From: Tubiluchus corallicola | Taxonomy: Eukaryota > Animalia > Priapulida | DNA: 64,000 nucleotides | NCBI GenBank assembly: GCA_030141605.1 | Contig: JAQGDQ010000370.1 | Location: 83,029-147,028, forward strand | Reading direction: 5' to 3' | Shown here: positions 1 through 13,431 of the stretch, one piece after another | How positions within the stretch are numbered: the first letter of the stretch is position 1 | How the letters are laid out: every line of letters starts with the position of its first letter | Position numbers and translations under genes: made by a program | Notes under the pieces: model-generated | The model's database searches: none | Told to the model about the DNA's origin: nothing | What the model saw: the letters and a program-made list of their open reading frames with translations, nothing else

Positions 1-767
1 TCTTTAAATTTCTTTTGACATAATCATGTAATTCGTGCAAAAACTTGGCGGCCGTATTGTTTTTTTGCGTTTTGAGCCTTTCCACTATGCTACGAGCTGG
101 CAACACTTTTTCCGGATTCAGCGTAGTAAAATAGATAAAACTGGCTATGTCGACAGAAAGATACCTTTAAAAAATAATAGCGCCCCTGGAACTTTATAAA
201 GGCACCTTTTCAGGATTTTCTTCTAGTTTAATGTGCTGCAGCTGATGGGTCGTCTACATTTAGTTTCAAATTACACTGTGTCTGTATCTATATTATGTAG
301 CTCTAACTTTTGCTATGCAGAAGAAATTCTGTTCTTTATCAGTTTGAGTGTGAGTTGTTGACTGTTCACCAGATATCAATAAGTTGACAGCTTTAATTGA
401 CATGTTAATTAATTTACTTCTAGTATAAGTAAATTATACTTAAAGTTTATTTATAATTATAATTTATACTTACTTAAATAGCCTGCTTAAATTTATTTAA
501 AATTTTGTGTTCTTACAAAATCATATTTTATGCTACAACTACAAAGAAATAATAAAAAACACAAAACTTAACTAGTTAAAATAATCACGAACGAAATTAA
601 ATTACACAAGTGTCATTCAGGAAATCAAACGAAAATGTAAATAAATTCGTAGTAAATTGAATATAGCCGCGTGGTTATGCGATCAATTCTTCACCAAATC
701 CGCTTTGCGAAAATGAAAAGTGCATGTTCACGCTTATCTGAATAGCGAAAATTAGTGTATTGATAAA

Positions 768-846
768 ATGGCAAAAGACACGGGTACAGACGTTGAGATG
801 AAGGATGAGAGTGGAGCAAACAAACAAACACCAAATGATACAGAGG
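768..846 (+). CDS. PSMD3: 26S proteasome regulatory subunit PSMD3/Rpn3, coding exon 1
   Basis: ATG at 768 reads MAKDTGTDVEMKDESGANKQTPNDTE (DVEM-type N-terminus). Phase-1 donor G|gtaaa at 847 joins in frame to the acceptor at 3726. Confidence 0.85.
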
Positions 847-1629
847 GTAAAATGTTAAGTCATTATACATGACAATTTATAACACCTGCAAAAATTGTGA
901 ATGTAACGTAATGTCATGATTTAATGATATGCTTCAGAGAATATATCTAATGTATAACTAATACTATAGTAAATATTCGTATTAGTACATGTTTTATCAC
1001 AATTTGTTTAGGAAAAACGCCAAATCGCTTTGGAGAACATAAGTAAATTTAGAAATACAATGAGAGTGGCACGCTCAGGGTTAGCGTCTCTAAACTATTC
1101 AACGGTGGAGATTAACTCAATGATAAGATATCAAGTGGCCTACTCATAAGTGATTAAGTGTAGATCACTATAGCAGGCAGTAGGCAACATGACACGTACC
1201 CCAGTTTGTTGCAATACGACAGACTTGCACGAGCCAGGCAATATAATATGATTTATTAGCACCTAAATAATGTTGAGCATTAACGTTATTATACTAAAGT
1301 AGTTCTGTAGCATATTTCTTTTCAGCGATCTTGAAAAGTGGGCAAAATAACTTCAGTAGTCTTTAAAACTTTTTAAGGAATTTTGTATAATTATGTAGAC
1401 AAACCAGTAAAAAGCTGATTCTAATTGCCAGTCTTTAAATTTTTTATGAAACGAGCTGAACTCCATACTAAACCTCAAATTGCTGAATGCATGATTCATG
1501 GTCGTTTGCTCGTCTCAGCCTTGCGGGACGCACAACGTACATAAAAATTGTTCATAAGATTTACGTGCAAGCGTTACTGTACACAAAGGTACATAAATGT
1601 TATAGTATGCACTGTACACTGATTTTTCT

Positions 1630-1853
1630 CCTCTCTGTTTCTCTCTTTCTCGCTCTCTTTATTTTTCCGTCTCTCTCTCTTTTTCTTTTTCTCTCTCACT
1701 TTATCTCTCTCTCTCTCTCTCTCTATCTCTCTCAATCTTTTTTCTCCCTCTCTCTCTCTGTCTTTCTTTCTCTCTCCTCTCTTGCCCCTCTCTGTCTCTC
1801 TCTCTCTCTGTCTTTCTTTCCCTCTCCTCTCTAGCCCCCCTCTCTCTCTCTCT

Positions 1854-1884
<31 letters not shown>

Positions 1885-2013
1885 TTCTTTCCCTCTCCTC
1901 TCTCGCCCCCTCTCTCTCTTTCTTTCCCCTCCTCTCTCGCCCCCTCTCTCTCTTTCTCTCCTCTCTCTTTCTCTCTCTCTCTCTCTTTCTTTCCCTCTCC
2001 TCTCTCACCCCCC

Positions 2014-2065
<52 letters not shown>

Positions 2066-2142
2066 TCTCCTCTCTCGCCCCCTCTCTCTCTCTCTCTCTT
2101 TCTTTCCCTCTCCTCTCTCGCCCCCCCCTCTCTCTCTTTCTT
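1630..2142. repeat. (CT)n-rich compound microsatellite in PSMD3 intron
   Basis: Pyrimidine-only tract with a recurring unit like tctttcttttcccctcctctctcgcccccc. Confidence 0.95.
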
Positions 2143-3196
2143 TCATAGTACCTTCGTGCTCCATTAGCTTGCAGTCTGCAGCGAAATCATTTTTTACTAG
2201 TTTTATCTATTTCTGATTGTCCATTGTGGGCTGACTTCTCATCCAAGTTCACTTCTGGTTGTAAAAAGTATGAAAGTGTAATTTTATAACATTCTGCGGA
2301 ATTCAGTGATTTGTACGGGAAAAAAATGTACTGGTAAAAACATGTACTTATGTGAACTGGTCTGAAACGTTTGATTAACTATATGGGACCAGTCCTATGG
2401 AATAGACTAAGACACAATTCAAAATGTAGTCACTCCCTTTCAACTTTTAAAAAAACCGCCAGAAAAGAAATATTTCAAAAGCATTAAGAGTAACGCAGTT
2501 TGATAATGGTAATCACCTGCATTTTTCCACAGCAATCTTAATAAAACGTGACTATGCTCAACAGGTTACTGAACACTTTATAATCATGATCACAGTTTTT
2601 CTTAGTTCTCGCTTCATTTTATCTTTCATTCACTACTCCCCCCCCTCCCCCACACTCATGTATATATTATCATTATTTCAATTATTAATCACTTCTTTAA
2701 GATTTCCACGTACAGTTTGGACTGTCAAGCTATGCTTTTAGGCTCAAACTGTATGCATCAAAATTATTCTGTAATGTAATTTGCACATGTATATGCTGCA
2801 TAAGAATCTCTTTTTTAATTTCTGGATTATATTGCATTTATATTTATATTTACTTCAGTGAAACTATCTGTATTTTTATTATAACTGTAAGATGCAGAGT
2901 AGAAATAAATAATAAATAAAGTTATAACTTATAAACTATATCATGCTGTGCTGGTATATACGGGTACATCCACCCTACCCTAGCATATTGTACAAACGTG
3001 TACTTGTATTAGCTGGTCTGACTACTGTACTGGGCTGTACTCATATACAAGTATATCGACCCAACCTTAGTAAACAGCTGCACTATTCCACACCTGCAGA
3101 TCTCAGTGCGGGAAAATAGTATTCTCCAAATACAACTGACTTAATGTTTATTGTCTACTATTAAGCGTATCAGCATTGCCGATTAACTGACACACT

Positions 3197-3641
3197 TTTA
3201 AGTAAGTATCAGTGAGTAATCAAAATTTCTATCAGTATCCATCCTCACAGTAGTTGCAAAACAGTGGTGTTAACTTAATCAAGTTATTTTAATTTTACAT
3301 ACTATTAACAAATAATAGTCTTTCTATCTTTTATGTCATCCCATATATGAGCTTCATTCAGTACATCATTCCATTTTAAGCACTAATGTTTTTTTATCAC
3401 GATTCACTTTAAAATCTCAGATTATCTCCATTATTATTTTTTTCTGTCACTGTGTGGGACAATCTAACAAGCCCTGCTTTTTGATTGCCCGCAACACATT
3501 TACCTTCGTGTATAAGTGAACAGTGTTTGAGGCTTTTCTGCGCAGTATTTCTTATTTGTATTACATCCATTGTAGGCCCTTTCACTAGATATTGTATATG
3601 TAATCATTGTAAATGTGTAAGGTGAAATAAATGACTTATGA
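3197..3641 (+). mobile_element. 5'-truncated 3' end of a CR1/L2-group LINE
   Basis: Closely matches 56392-56838, which follows a LINE ORF2 C-terminus. Ends aataaatgact(tatgac). Confidence 0.7.
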
Positions 3642-3726
3642 CATTGAAATTTTCTGATAGTAACATCTCTCTGCTGTTGGCAGCCAATTCACTTTATAGT
3701 TTTAATTATCATAACATTTTATTTAG

Positions 3727-5162
3727 ATGCAGAACCGAAAGTGAAAAAAGATCCGGATCTGTTAACAATAGAGGACGTGAGAGATCACTCCAAGTTCATC
3801 GAAAAAGCAGTACAAACCAAAGAGCCTCGTTATATCTTGCGAGTCCTTCGGAGTCTGGTTTCAACACGTCGTAGGCTGAATAACAATGTCTTGCGCCGTC
3901 TGATTGGTGGGTTCTTTCCCAGCAACGCCGAAATGAAGTCGACGCTGCTCGGGTTCCTGGAGGAACCAATGGATTCTGGGGACAATCCGATTCTTCCTCT
4001 TCGTCCGAAGAGCGCCAGATCTCAGCCTCTTTTGCCCGAGCTTGAGGCCTATCTTCATCTGTTGGTCCTATTGCATTTACTCGATGGAGGCAAGTATGAA
4101 CGTGCTGCGGCGTGTTCCGACCTGCTGATGGAAAAGATCGTTCCGCAGAATCGTCGCACGCTGGACGCGTTAGCCGCTAAGTGCTACTTCTACCACGCCA
4201 GGGCGTACGAACTCACGAATCAGTTAGATAAGATTCGCAGCTTCCTGCACGCTCGATTGCGCACCGCGACTCTGCGCCACGACGACGAGGGTACCACGGT
4301 CCTCCTGAATCTCCTGCTTCGAAATTACCTACATTACAACCTGTACGATCAAGCCGACAAGTTGGTGTCAAAATCCACCTTTCCGGAGACTGCCAACAAC
4401 AACGAATGGGCTAGGTATCTTTACTACATCGGGCGCATCAAGGCTATTCAGCTCGAATATTCCGAAGCCCACAAGAACCTTCTACAAGCGACGCGTAAAG
4501 CGCCGACGACAAACGCGGCGGCCGGGTTCAAGCAGACGGTGCACAAATTAGCAATTACAGTCGAGTTACTACTAGGAGATATCCCGGACAGGTCGTTGTT
4601 TAGACAACCGATGCTGCGTAAAGCATTAATTCCTTATTTTCAGCTAACGCAAGCCGTACGCGGCGGTAATTTGGGACGTTTCAATGAAGTCTTAGAAAAT
4701 TTTGGTGCCAGATTTGAGGCAGACAACACCTATACCCTGATCATACGCCTGCGTCATAACGTTATAAAAACCGGTGTGCGCATGATTAACGTCTCCTACT
4801 CGCGCATTTCATTAGTGGACATTGCCCAGAAGTTGCAACTGGACAGTCCGGAAGACGGCGAATACATAATAGCCAAGGCCATCAGGGACAGTGTTATTGA
4901 AGCAACAATCAACCACGCTAAGGGGTACATGCAGTCCAAGGACAATATTGACATCTACAGCACTCGCGAACCGCAGGCGGCGTTTCATCAGCGCATAAAC
5001 TTTTGCCTGGACATTCACAACCAGTCGGTGAAGGCCATGCGGTATCCTCCAAAGTCCTACAACAAGGATCTTGAAACCGCAGAAGAGAGACGCGAACGGG
5101 AGCAGCAAGACTTGGAGATGGCTAAAGAGCTTGCAGAAGAGGAGGATGATGATGCCTTTTAA
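3727..5162 (+). CDS. PSMD3: 26S proteasome regulatory subunit PSMD3/Rpn3, coding exon 2 (1436 nt; spliced protein 504 aa)
   Basis: Acceptor tttag|AT. The ORF has Rpn3 hallmarks [26 protein letters not shown], the PCI domain [23 protein letters not shown], and C-terminal [18 protein letters not shown]...EEEDDDAF. Confidence 0.97.
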
Positions 5163-5211
5163 ACGGATGTATACATCTCCTAGCAAATTAATATGAAACT
5201 AATTATTATTA

Positions 5212-6251
5212 CAGTAGGCGCCAGTTAATAGAATCACTTTGGTGTACTACATTTAAACTCCAGAACATCAAATATGTTTAATATGCAGCAATTGTCGTTT
5301 TATCTGTAATAATAAATTACAGCAATAAGTTTTCAATGAAAAACATAAGTTTGATAAAGGTAAATTACTAAATTAGGCAACGTGCATTTTGTCAATAATT
5401 ATACAAAAAAATAACAGCGAAATTGTTCTAATAGCATAAAGCAGTTGAATAGACATAATTAGACACTTACATGTGGTCTCCCTGAGTTTTGGCACTTATA
5501 ACTTGCAAAAAAACAATAGAAATCAACTACAACATTCACATCGTATCAATTGAATTGTCAGGTAATGTCTACCTGGCTAACTACCTGGTCACATGACTGA
5601 TGACAGTTAAAGGGGCAAGACCAAATTTAACAGGTAGGGAAACGTGTATGTGCATAACATTTGGGACCGAAGTGTTTTGATCCAATTAACTGTATGAACC
5701 TATTAACGCATGGGTGCAGTGTTACTGGTATAGAAGTACGAGTCATCAGCTTACTAAGCACTGCAAAGGTTTTTAATGAATTTTAGGAACCAAGTAATGC
5801 CTAAATTCCGTTGTGCAGTTAAAAAATAGAAAAAATATTTTAAAATATTAATTTATATAAGTGAATTAGCAATAAATTAAAAAGTGTGCTTTTCTGAATC
5901 ACACAAGTCTGTTTATTTGCAAAAATTACGAAAATTCCTTCAAAGTTGGCTGCTTCATTTTCTCACGAAGAATTTGGCTCACAAAGTTCTCGTAATTATA
6001 AAAACGTTGAAAATCTGTTGCTGTGTGATGCACATATTCACGTAAAATGTTTAGCGCTTGGCGTGCTTCAGGCTCTTTGGAGTACATACAAATGTCTTAT
6101 TTTAAGTAGGTGAAGGAAAAATATTGAGTCAATTATTCGGAGTTATTTGAGTCGATTACCGACAGTTTTTATGTACGTTTGAACAGAAGCGGCCCGTACC
6201 ATGCGTTTTTGAGTCAAGTAAGCGATTGAGTCTATTAAGCGGCGCCTACTG
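5212..6251. mobile_element. Non-autonomous pogo/Tigger-like (Tc1/mariner superfamily) element just after PSMD3 stop
   Basis: TA|CAGTAGGCGCC(a)gttaataga...tctattaagcGGCGCCTACTG|TA: TIRs plus TA TSD. The same TIR end recurs at ~58222-58238. Confidence 0.8.
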
Positions 6252-6751
6252 TATTATACTTAATTTTTTACTATTTAATTTCAATTTTACCCAGCTTACT
6301 TGCTGAGTACGTAATTATTAGGTTAGTTTTATAGCTAACCAAAGCTGTGCATGGGTAATTGTTACTTGCAGTGACAATAAATATAACATTTTGCTCGTGT
6401 TTTTACGTTAATTCTGCTTTTGTAAATTTCGGAATCGTTATTTTGTGGTTAATACTTTTTTCTAAGAATTGAGTCAGAAATGTACGAATTTACTGATAGT
6501 AATTCTAGTTTAAAGTGACATCTGGAAATTCCTTAAAGTTGGTCAGTCTGCTGTCCTAAAATTACGATAGTGATAATAATGTGGCGACCGCATTGAAGCC
6601 GTGTCATCAAGGAGTAGAAATTGTTTTCGAACATCGTAAAATTTCGCTGTTTCGTGTTTCACTTTTAAAATTACATCATTTAGGGTCTCTAGTATCTAAA
6701 CTAATATTTAAATATAAGAAACAGCAGTTGTTATAGCTGATAAAATGAATT

Positions 6752-7190
6752 TTCTTCTTCTTCCCAGCTTTTCCCTTCGGGGTCGCCGTTGTGAATGAGT
6801 CTTCTCCACGCATTCCTGTTGTTGACCATCTCTTCATTTATGTCTTCAATTCCCACATGATCTTCACCGACTCTTCTTTTCAGGTGTCCATACCATCGCA
6901 ATCTTGCGACTGTTCCTCTGGTATTATTATTTCTAATTTTATCTCCACCACACCCATTTTCTTCTCTTCGGTCTTCTTTAGAGAAGCTGCTTCCAGCCCA
7001 TAGATTAGAGCGGGTCTGACCAGTTCTTTGTGGACTTTCCCTTTAAGTCTCACCGACTCATTCATAAGGTTTTGGCGCAGTTTTTACAGGCGGATGCCCT
7101 TCCTGACCCTAACCCTCCCTATTTATCCGGGCTTGGGACCGGCACTGAGTTGGGCTGGCTTGCCCCCCCCCCCCAAGTGGCTAGGTTTGC
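6752..7190 (-). mobile_element. RTE-clade non-LTR retrotransposon remnant
   Basis: Minus-strand peptide KGKVHKELVRPALIYGLEAASLKKTEEKKM resembles the RTE ORF C-terminal region. (gaa)n-type tail near 6752. Confidence 0.6.
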
Positions 7191-7269
7191 TGATAAAATG
7201 AATATGTTTTAGAAAAATATCAAGATAAGTCGTAGTATAAAAAAACCAACCTGTTTACCTATAATAAAG

Positions 7270-7480
7270 TTCTTTGGAATTACAACGCAGTGTTATTTGC
7301 TTGGTGCTTGTGAAGCAGTCGAGAGCCACGAAGTTCCAAATTCAGTAGACGGGGATTTCTTGTAATTGCTTTTGTGCGTTGTCACGGAACGGGACTCGAG
7401 TCTTCTTATACTGGGATAACTTTTTGCGCGGAAACACTCTTAGAAGTTCACGAGTTTGTCGCGATCGTAGAACTTTTTTG
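7270..7480 (+). promoter_or_regulatory. Probable promoter/non-coding first exon of the sarcosine oxidase-like gene
   Basis: Locally CpG-rich, ending in donor ttg|gtaagt at 7481. The first coding exon is preceded by an acceptor (ttttttcag, 10621), so an upstream UTR exon is likely. Confidence 0.4.
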
Positions 7481-7580
7481 GTAAGTGTAAATTGTTTCCT
7501 GAACAGTTAGGCCAGTAGCTTTTTTGAAACATCATAATTCTTTAAAATTTTTTCAAATTTGTTAACACATCAAGTAAATA

Positions 7581-8037
7581 CAGTCAACTTTGGGTATAAG
7601 GTACTCGCTTATAAGGGACCATCAACACCGGTCCCGATTTTCCGTAACGTTTTTCCTATGTAAAAATCTTCGTATGTAGGGTACTCGGATATAAAGGGAC
7701 TTTCAGTCGAAGGGACGATGTCTTCAGGTCCCACGTAATAGAAACCCAGGTAAATTACCTCACACATAAAGGACCCTATGATCAGGGCGAAGTTGATCGA
7801 GTTTTAATCTCAATTTTTTGCAAACTTGGCCTGTGAACAGCTTGGTTTTCACGGTCACATACATCTCGCATCAGTGAAGGAGCTTCCTACATACCGTTTG
7901 CACTAAATGTGTAGCAATAATCCATAAAAATATGAGCAAAAGTGCAGGTCTAGATACACCCTCGGTCTGACTCAACTGCGGCTATAAGGGACGGTTTTCT
8001 CCGGTCCCGAGGTGTCCTTTATATCCGACGCTGACTG
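7581..8037 (+). mobile_element. pogo/Tigger-like MITE (family T1)
   Basis: TA|CAGTCAAC...GCTGACTG|TA. Inverted copy at 13429-13908; right-end fragment at 52188-52366. Confidence 0.85.
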
Positions 8038-10278
8038 TAGAGAGTAAGTACCTTCTTTGAGTGACGAAAGAATGTTCATTTATAACTCATTGTTGCCCTA
8101 CATAATGGAATTTTGATCATTATCGTCATCATCTGAAAGTTTTAAGATATTTTTGAAGAAAGAAACTCCAAATCATTCGCCTAATGGAAATTCGATATTG
8201 CCACTGAAGTAAAAACAGAAGACAGAAAATTGCAAATTCTGGAAACAGTAGTGAATATCAGTTTGTTAAGGAAAATGCATTTGCTGAGAGTTATTTTCAT
8301 CTTATATTATTGAAGTTCCAGTGTAATAACACACACTATCTGTCAGAAATCAACAAACCTACACAGTATTCCATTTGTATAGTATTAGTGGTACTTGTAA
8401 ATACTACTGGTATTTTAGGAACTTATGAGCTGTATATATTTCACAATCTCTAGGTCAGCAGGGCAGTTTAAATTTTGGACCTTTAGTCATCTATTGGAAC
8501 AGGCAGAACGTTCCTACACTGTGAACTAGGACATGGACTGCATGCACTAAGCTAATAGTGATATATATAAGTGCTCTAAACACGTCTAGTATTAGAGAAA
8601 ACTATTTTTTGAGTTGTTTGTAAATTTAGTAAAATATTAGAAGTATAATTTTGAGACTGTTGGACTCTTATTCATCCGGGTTACCAGCCAGGCTATAGCA
8701 GTTACTAGTAAATTGCTACTAAAGTTTTATGCGACTAAAGTTTTAATTTATCAAAAAATCTCGGTTTCAGAATAATGTCAGCTTCATAAACCACCCAGTA
8801 TTTTTATTTTACTTGACTACTTACCACACTCTACCTTATCTGAGTGCCAGGCATAATGATTCATTCTTTTATACTCTATCTTTCAGCCCAGTTTTATTTT
8901 ACTTTCAGATAAGATACATGCTTATTTTTTGTTAATTGTGTGCTCTTGTGTTTGAACGTCAGCTAGGCTATTTGCAACTCTTAACCTTGACTTATCTGCA
9001 GTTTGCACTATCCAGCTGCTCGGGCTGGTCACGTGTGCAAACAGTGTGAACATTTCCGATCTGTCAGCATGGCGGCAAGCAGTGTCAGTCTTGAAGCTGA
9101 ACCCTGGATGTGGTCTTTGGCAGTCACATGATGACTTCTGTGTTTGTAAGTGCATTTGGTAGTTCCAGTTTAAAGAGGTCTTAACAAGTTGCGTGAAGAT
9201 CGTTCACGTCATCTGCATTCGCAGTGAGTTTTCTGTTTTAGTCATTTTTAAAAATTAAGTTACTTGCATCTTCGCTGTAAGCAGGTTGCGTAGTTATTTC
9301 TTCTTTTATTTTCAATATTTCTTGCTTGCACGTTAAATTTTAATGAATATGTTACTTCATGTATACCTGTAGTACATAACTAGTAAGACTAATAAGCAAG
9401 CTAGCAAGTTTTTTTCTTTTCTTTTTTCTCCTCATCTCCTAAGTAATTGTTGCGCATTCTCATACTTATTTTTTCTCATAAATTTCTCTATATTACACTT
9501 TTTTGATACTTATTTTATCTTTTCGTACTCTCAGTTTTTTAACTTTACTCACTAACCTTGGTCAAATTCCCCTGTTAATAAGACCCCATTTGAAACTACT
9601 ACATATAATAATCCTAATTACTGAATAATTGTATTGTTTTGTTTAGATTTAGGTATCTAACTTTATTATTTTTTGCTTTCAGTTCTTTTTGGATAATTTG
9701 TATCATTTATACTGTTTTTATTATTATTTTTTTCTTATTTATTTTTGTTATCTGCAGCATCACCGTTAATTTTTAATATACTAATCTATTTATAAGAAAG
9801 GGTAGGTGTCAAGTAAAGCACTAAGTGTTAAACCAGTAATAATTGTTCGAAGATAAGTGTTTATTTATTTATTTTTTGCTGGTAACATTTAAATAAGCAT
9901 GAGTTTAAAATTTGTTTTACACGTGAAAATATTTTGGCTTAAATTTTTAAATCAAACAAAAGTATACAACAGAAATTGTACATTATAACATTATTTTGTT
10001 ATAAACTAACACATTCGTATAATAATTCAATTTTCATTTGTCTTAAATTCAAATTCTGAAAATTTTTAATTACCTGATACATGCACATTAATTAATTAAT
10101 TATATTAGTAACAATCCTGAGAGGGTGGCTGACCTTGATAACTTATAGTTCTTTTGCCACCCTTTCACCACTAATCAATAATTACTTTTGCACTTTGTAA
10201 TATTATTTTGTGTTGTACAGATTTCTAAATCTGCTAGTTATGTATTTTGCTATTTTAAAAATGGTGATAAACTAATAA

Positions 10279-10279
<1 letters not shown>

Positions 10280-10345
<66 letters not shown>

Positions 10346-10466
10346 CACTCACTCACTCACTCACTCACTCACTCACTGACTTACTCACTTACTGACTTAC
10401 TCACTCACTTACTGACTGACTTACTTACCTATTTACTTACTTACTGACTTACTACCTGACTAACTG

Positions 10467-10512
<46 letters not shown>

Positions 10513-10527
10513 GTACTTACTTACTTG
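10280..10527. repeat. (ACTT)n/(ACTC)n/(ACTG)n tetranucleotide microsatellite
   Basis: Directly visible. Confidence 0.95.
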
Positions 10528-10660
10528 ACATTCTACCATATTTGTGGAAATGCTGTTAACATTTTATAATAAATATGGGCGAGTAACGAATTTCAAATAT
10601 GGATTAAAAATTATTTTTCAGCCGGTGTTAGTCATTTGTTGAACATAATCGTCCGGTACC

Positions 10661-10754
10661 ATGGATGACCCAAAACATTTTGAAGTGATTGTAATAGGTT
10701 GTGGCGGCATTGGCAGTGGCGCCGTCTACTGGCTGTCCAGGCGTCTCGGCAAAG
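10661..10754 (+). CDS. Sarcosine oxidase/PIPOX/SolA-like flavoprotein, coding exon 1
   Basis: MDDPKHFEVIVIGCGGIGSGAVYWLSRRLGK contains the Rossmann GxGxxG FAD motif. Donor G|gtgagt. Confidence 0.92.
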
Positions 10755-11833
10755 GTGAGTAGCGTGAGTTTTGACAAATCGAATTGTAGCTGCATGAAAC
10801 TTGTGATTGTTTTACTTGGTAATGCCATTTTAAATGTTGCTGTTTCTGCAGCAGTACAAACTTTGATGATGGAATAGTTTGTTGTCCAGGCAAAGAAATG
10901 GCAAAAATCAGTATTTAACTGTGCGATAGACCTGCAATTTATTAACATAACAGATTAGAAAAAGTGCTTAAGAATGTGCTAAAGCTTATTACTATTTAGA
11001 CAAAATGAAAAGTTAGATTTAAGAAGACGCAAGCACAAATTATTACTTTATGATTCTAGAGATTTGAAGCAATTCTAACCAATTTAAACTATTAACTAAT
11101 TGTTAAAGTAGATGGTGACTTACATTTACTGGTGACAACTTTGGCTTGAAAATACAACTAGTGACTGTTAAATTGTAACAAAGTAGACAAAGCAATGCAA
11201 GTATCATCAGTGTAACTACGTGTAAGAACAAGTGTGATTCGTAGGTGGCGTATACTACTAAAGCTTAGGTCACATGACTAAGGCTGGCTTCGTTTTAAAC
11301 ACTTTGAGGAAATGCATGTTTGTAAAAATACGAAAAGAAAACAAATGATTATAGAATGCTAGATTAAATTGCTTTACACCAACACTTTCTTTGCTTTACG
11401 TTTTCCGTACGGTACCTACGCAAATGTAAGTGCCAACGGAATTGTTTTGGCGTAAAAAGGTCCCTGTTTATCTAAAACCTGCTTAGAAAGAACTGATTCT
11501 TCTGATTTGTTATTATGCTCCATTTGAAGTGAAACAACATTTGCTCTGGCTAGCGGCTAGATGAGTAATGCTATTTTTATGGTTAAATCTGTGATTAAAA
11601 GATGGAAAGCTCGTTTTATTTTTTAAACATTCGCTTTTAGCATCAAGAAAACTCCTTTATGATAGATTGGTTTTGATGCTATTATTGATTTAAGTCAAAT
11701 TTTTGCTACAAGTAATTGCCATGCATAGGCAGCAGGTAGCTCTGTTTATGCAAACATAATGCTAAATTGATGCTGATTACTGTGGCGCCATATCTGTCAT
11801 GTGTTTTCTGCAATTTTTACATGTCGGCTACAG

Positions 11834-12273
11834 CAGGGGTGTGCAAATTGCGGCCCGCGAAGAGATTTGTCAACCTAATGAAAGTGCGGCCCAGGTGATG
11901 AATTGAGTGTATCCAGCTGAAGTCCGTGTCACGATCCCAAAGATAGTGCGGATAGTTTTTTCTACTAGATCGGATACCATTAACCCTTACAAGATGGTTG
12001 TAGCTTAATGTCACTGTACTACACAGACTGTGTGATACACATTACTAATATGCATTACCACTATCTGTCCTGAAAGTAGAAATATATGGTTTGTAATATA
12101 AATTTTAATAACTTCTAGAATAGTTTCTTGAGTGTAGTAGTAATGATGTACGCAGGTCGGATGCAAAAAAATCGTTATTGGCCTTTCTGTACTTGGCTCT
12201 TTGATCAAACTGCCTGTGGCCCGCTGGGAAAGCTTAATGTGGCCCGGCTAGTCAGATAATTTGCATACCCCTG
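11834..12273 (-). mobile_element. hAT (Buster/Charlie-like) MITE family A
   Basis: TIR CAGGGGTGTGCAAATT, 8-bp TSD ggctacag. Confidence 0.9.
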
Positions 12274-12330
12274 GGCTACAGTGTAATTATCCGAATGAAC
12301 TTAAGTTAAAGTGTATTTGATGTGCTCTAG

Positions 12331-12400
12331 GTGTGCTGGGTCTGGAGCAGTTCAAGCTGGGACATGACCATGGAGGCTCTCAGGACTTCTCTCGAATCAT
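12331..12400 (+). CDS. Sarcosine oxidase-like, exon 2
   Basis: ctag|GT...AT|gtaag; GVLGLEQFKLGHDHGGSQDFSRII. Confidence 0.92.
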
Positions 12401-12459
12401 GTAAGAGCTTGGCACTTTGTAACGTTTTTAAAAATGTACGACTCCACGAGCACGCAATG

Positions 12460-12835
12460 TGTGATGCGTGATTCGTAAAGTGTGATCCGTATACAACTGT
12501 TTATATTTGAAAACGTGGAAGTGTTTCGATGTGTGCGTAATGCGTCATCCATAACGTGTGATGCGTAATCCGTAGTGTGTGGTCCCTATACAACTTTTTA
12601 TATTTGAAAACGTGGAAGTGTTTCCATGTGTGCATATTGCGTAATCCATAACGTGTGATCTGTATACAACAGTTTATATTTAAACATGTGGAAGTGTTTC
12701 CATGTGTGCGTAATGCGTAATCCATAATGTGTGATGCGTGATCCATAATACGTGATCCGTAAACAACAGTTTATATTTAAACACGTGGAAGTGTTTCCAT
12801 ATGTACGTATTGTGTAATCCATAATGTGTGATACG
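12460..12835. repeat. Tandem array with ~60-80-bp units (tttatatttgaaaacgtggaagtgtttcc...)
   Basis: About four diverged copies visible. Confidence 0.8.
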
Positions 12836-13431
12836 TATTCAGTCGAGCATGATGCCTATCATCTGAATACGCATTACGCGCACATGAAGTCGTAGCTTTA
12901 GTTTCTAATTATTGTCTGTTTAATTACCACATCGCAGTAAGTTTATTAAGGTCTGAGCAATGATAATGGTCATGATAATGTAATGCTCTTTTGAGCTGGG
13001 CTTCCGTAATTAGGCGAAGAAGTTTTTGTGAATGATAGGGCAAGAGAAAAAGTGGAGCAGTCAGCACTGCCCAAACTCTCTCGCACTTTGCACTAGCGAT
13101 ATCAACGATAAGGATACGTATCGATAACCATCGATTATCTTATCGATACGAAAACTTTGTTTTTGTCGTTATCATATGAATATTTTTTCTATTAATATCG
13201 TTATCGTATCGAACTTGGTGTGCATTGTTGTTCGTCGCCCACCTTTATCAAGCGTTCCATTTTGCATTTTTATTTATGCACTGGAATTATGCAAAAAAAT
13301 AAAAATAAAAAAAGTTTTTTATAAAAAAAGTTGTTTGAGTAATCTTGTTGAACTTTGTTCCTCCATTAGCAGCTATCTGCAGTAGGTTTAGTGACACGCG
13401 GATGCCAAATGCGGTATATTTAAAAGTGCAG
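12765..13431 (+). repeat. Left arm of ~670-bp inverted duplication
   Basis: Reverse complement of 16303-16977 with only a few substitutions and small indels. Confidence 0.95.

Noticed and set aside
1487-2216. ER-rich and SL-rich ORFs
   Set aside because: Translations of a (CT)n microsatellite inside the PSMD3 intron.
4812-5186. Antisense ORFs over PSMD3
   Set aside because: Shadow frames of a strongly conserved coding exon.
11817-12208. Recurring small ORFs (MTLSYN..., HPTCVHHYY...) also at 14373 and 25300-25774
   Set aside because: Internal sequence of non-autonomous MITE family A; no transposase motifs.
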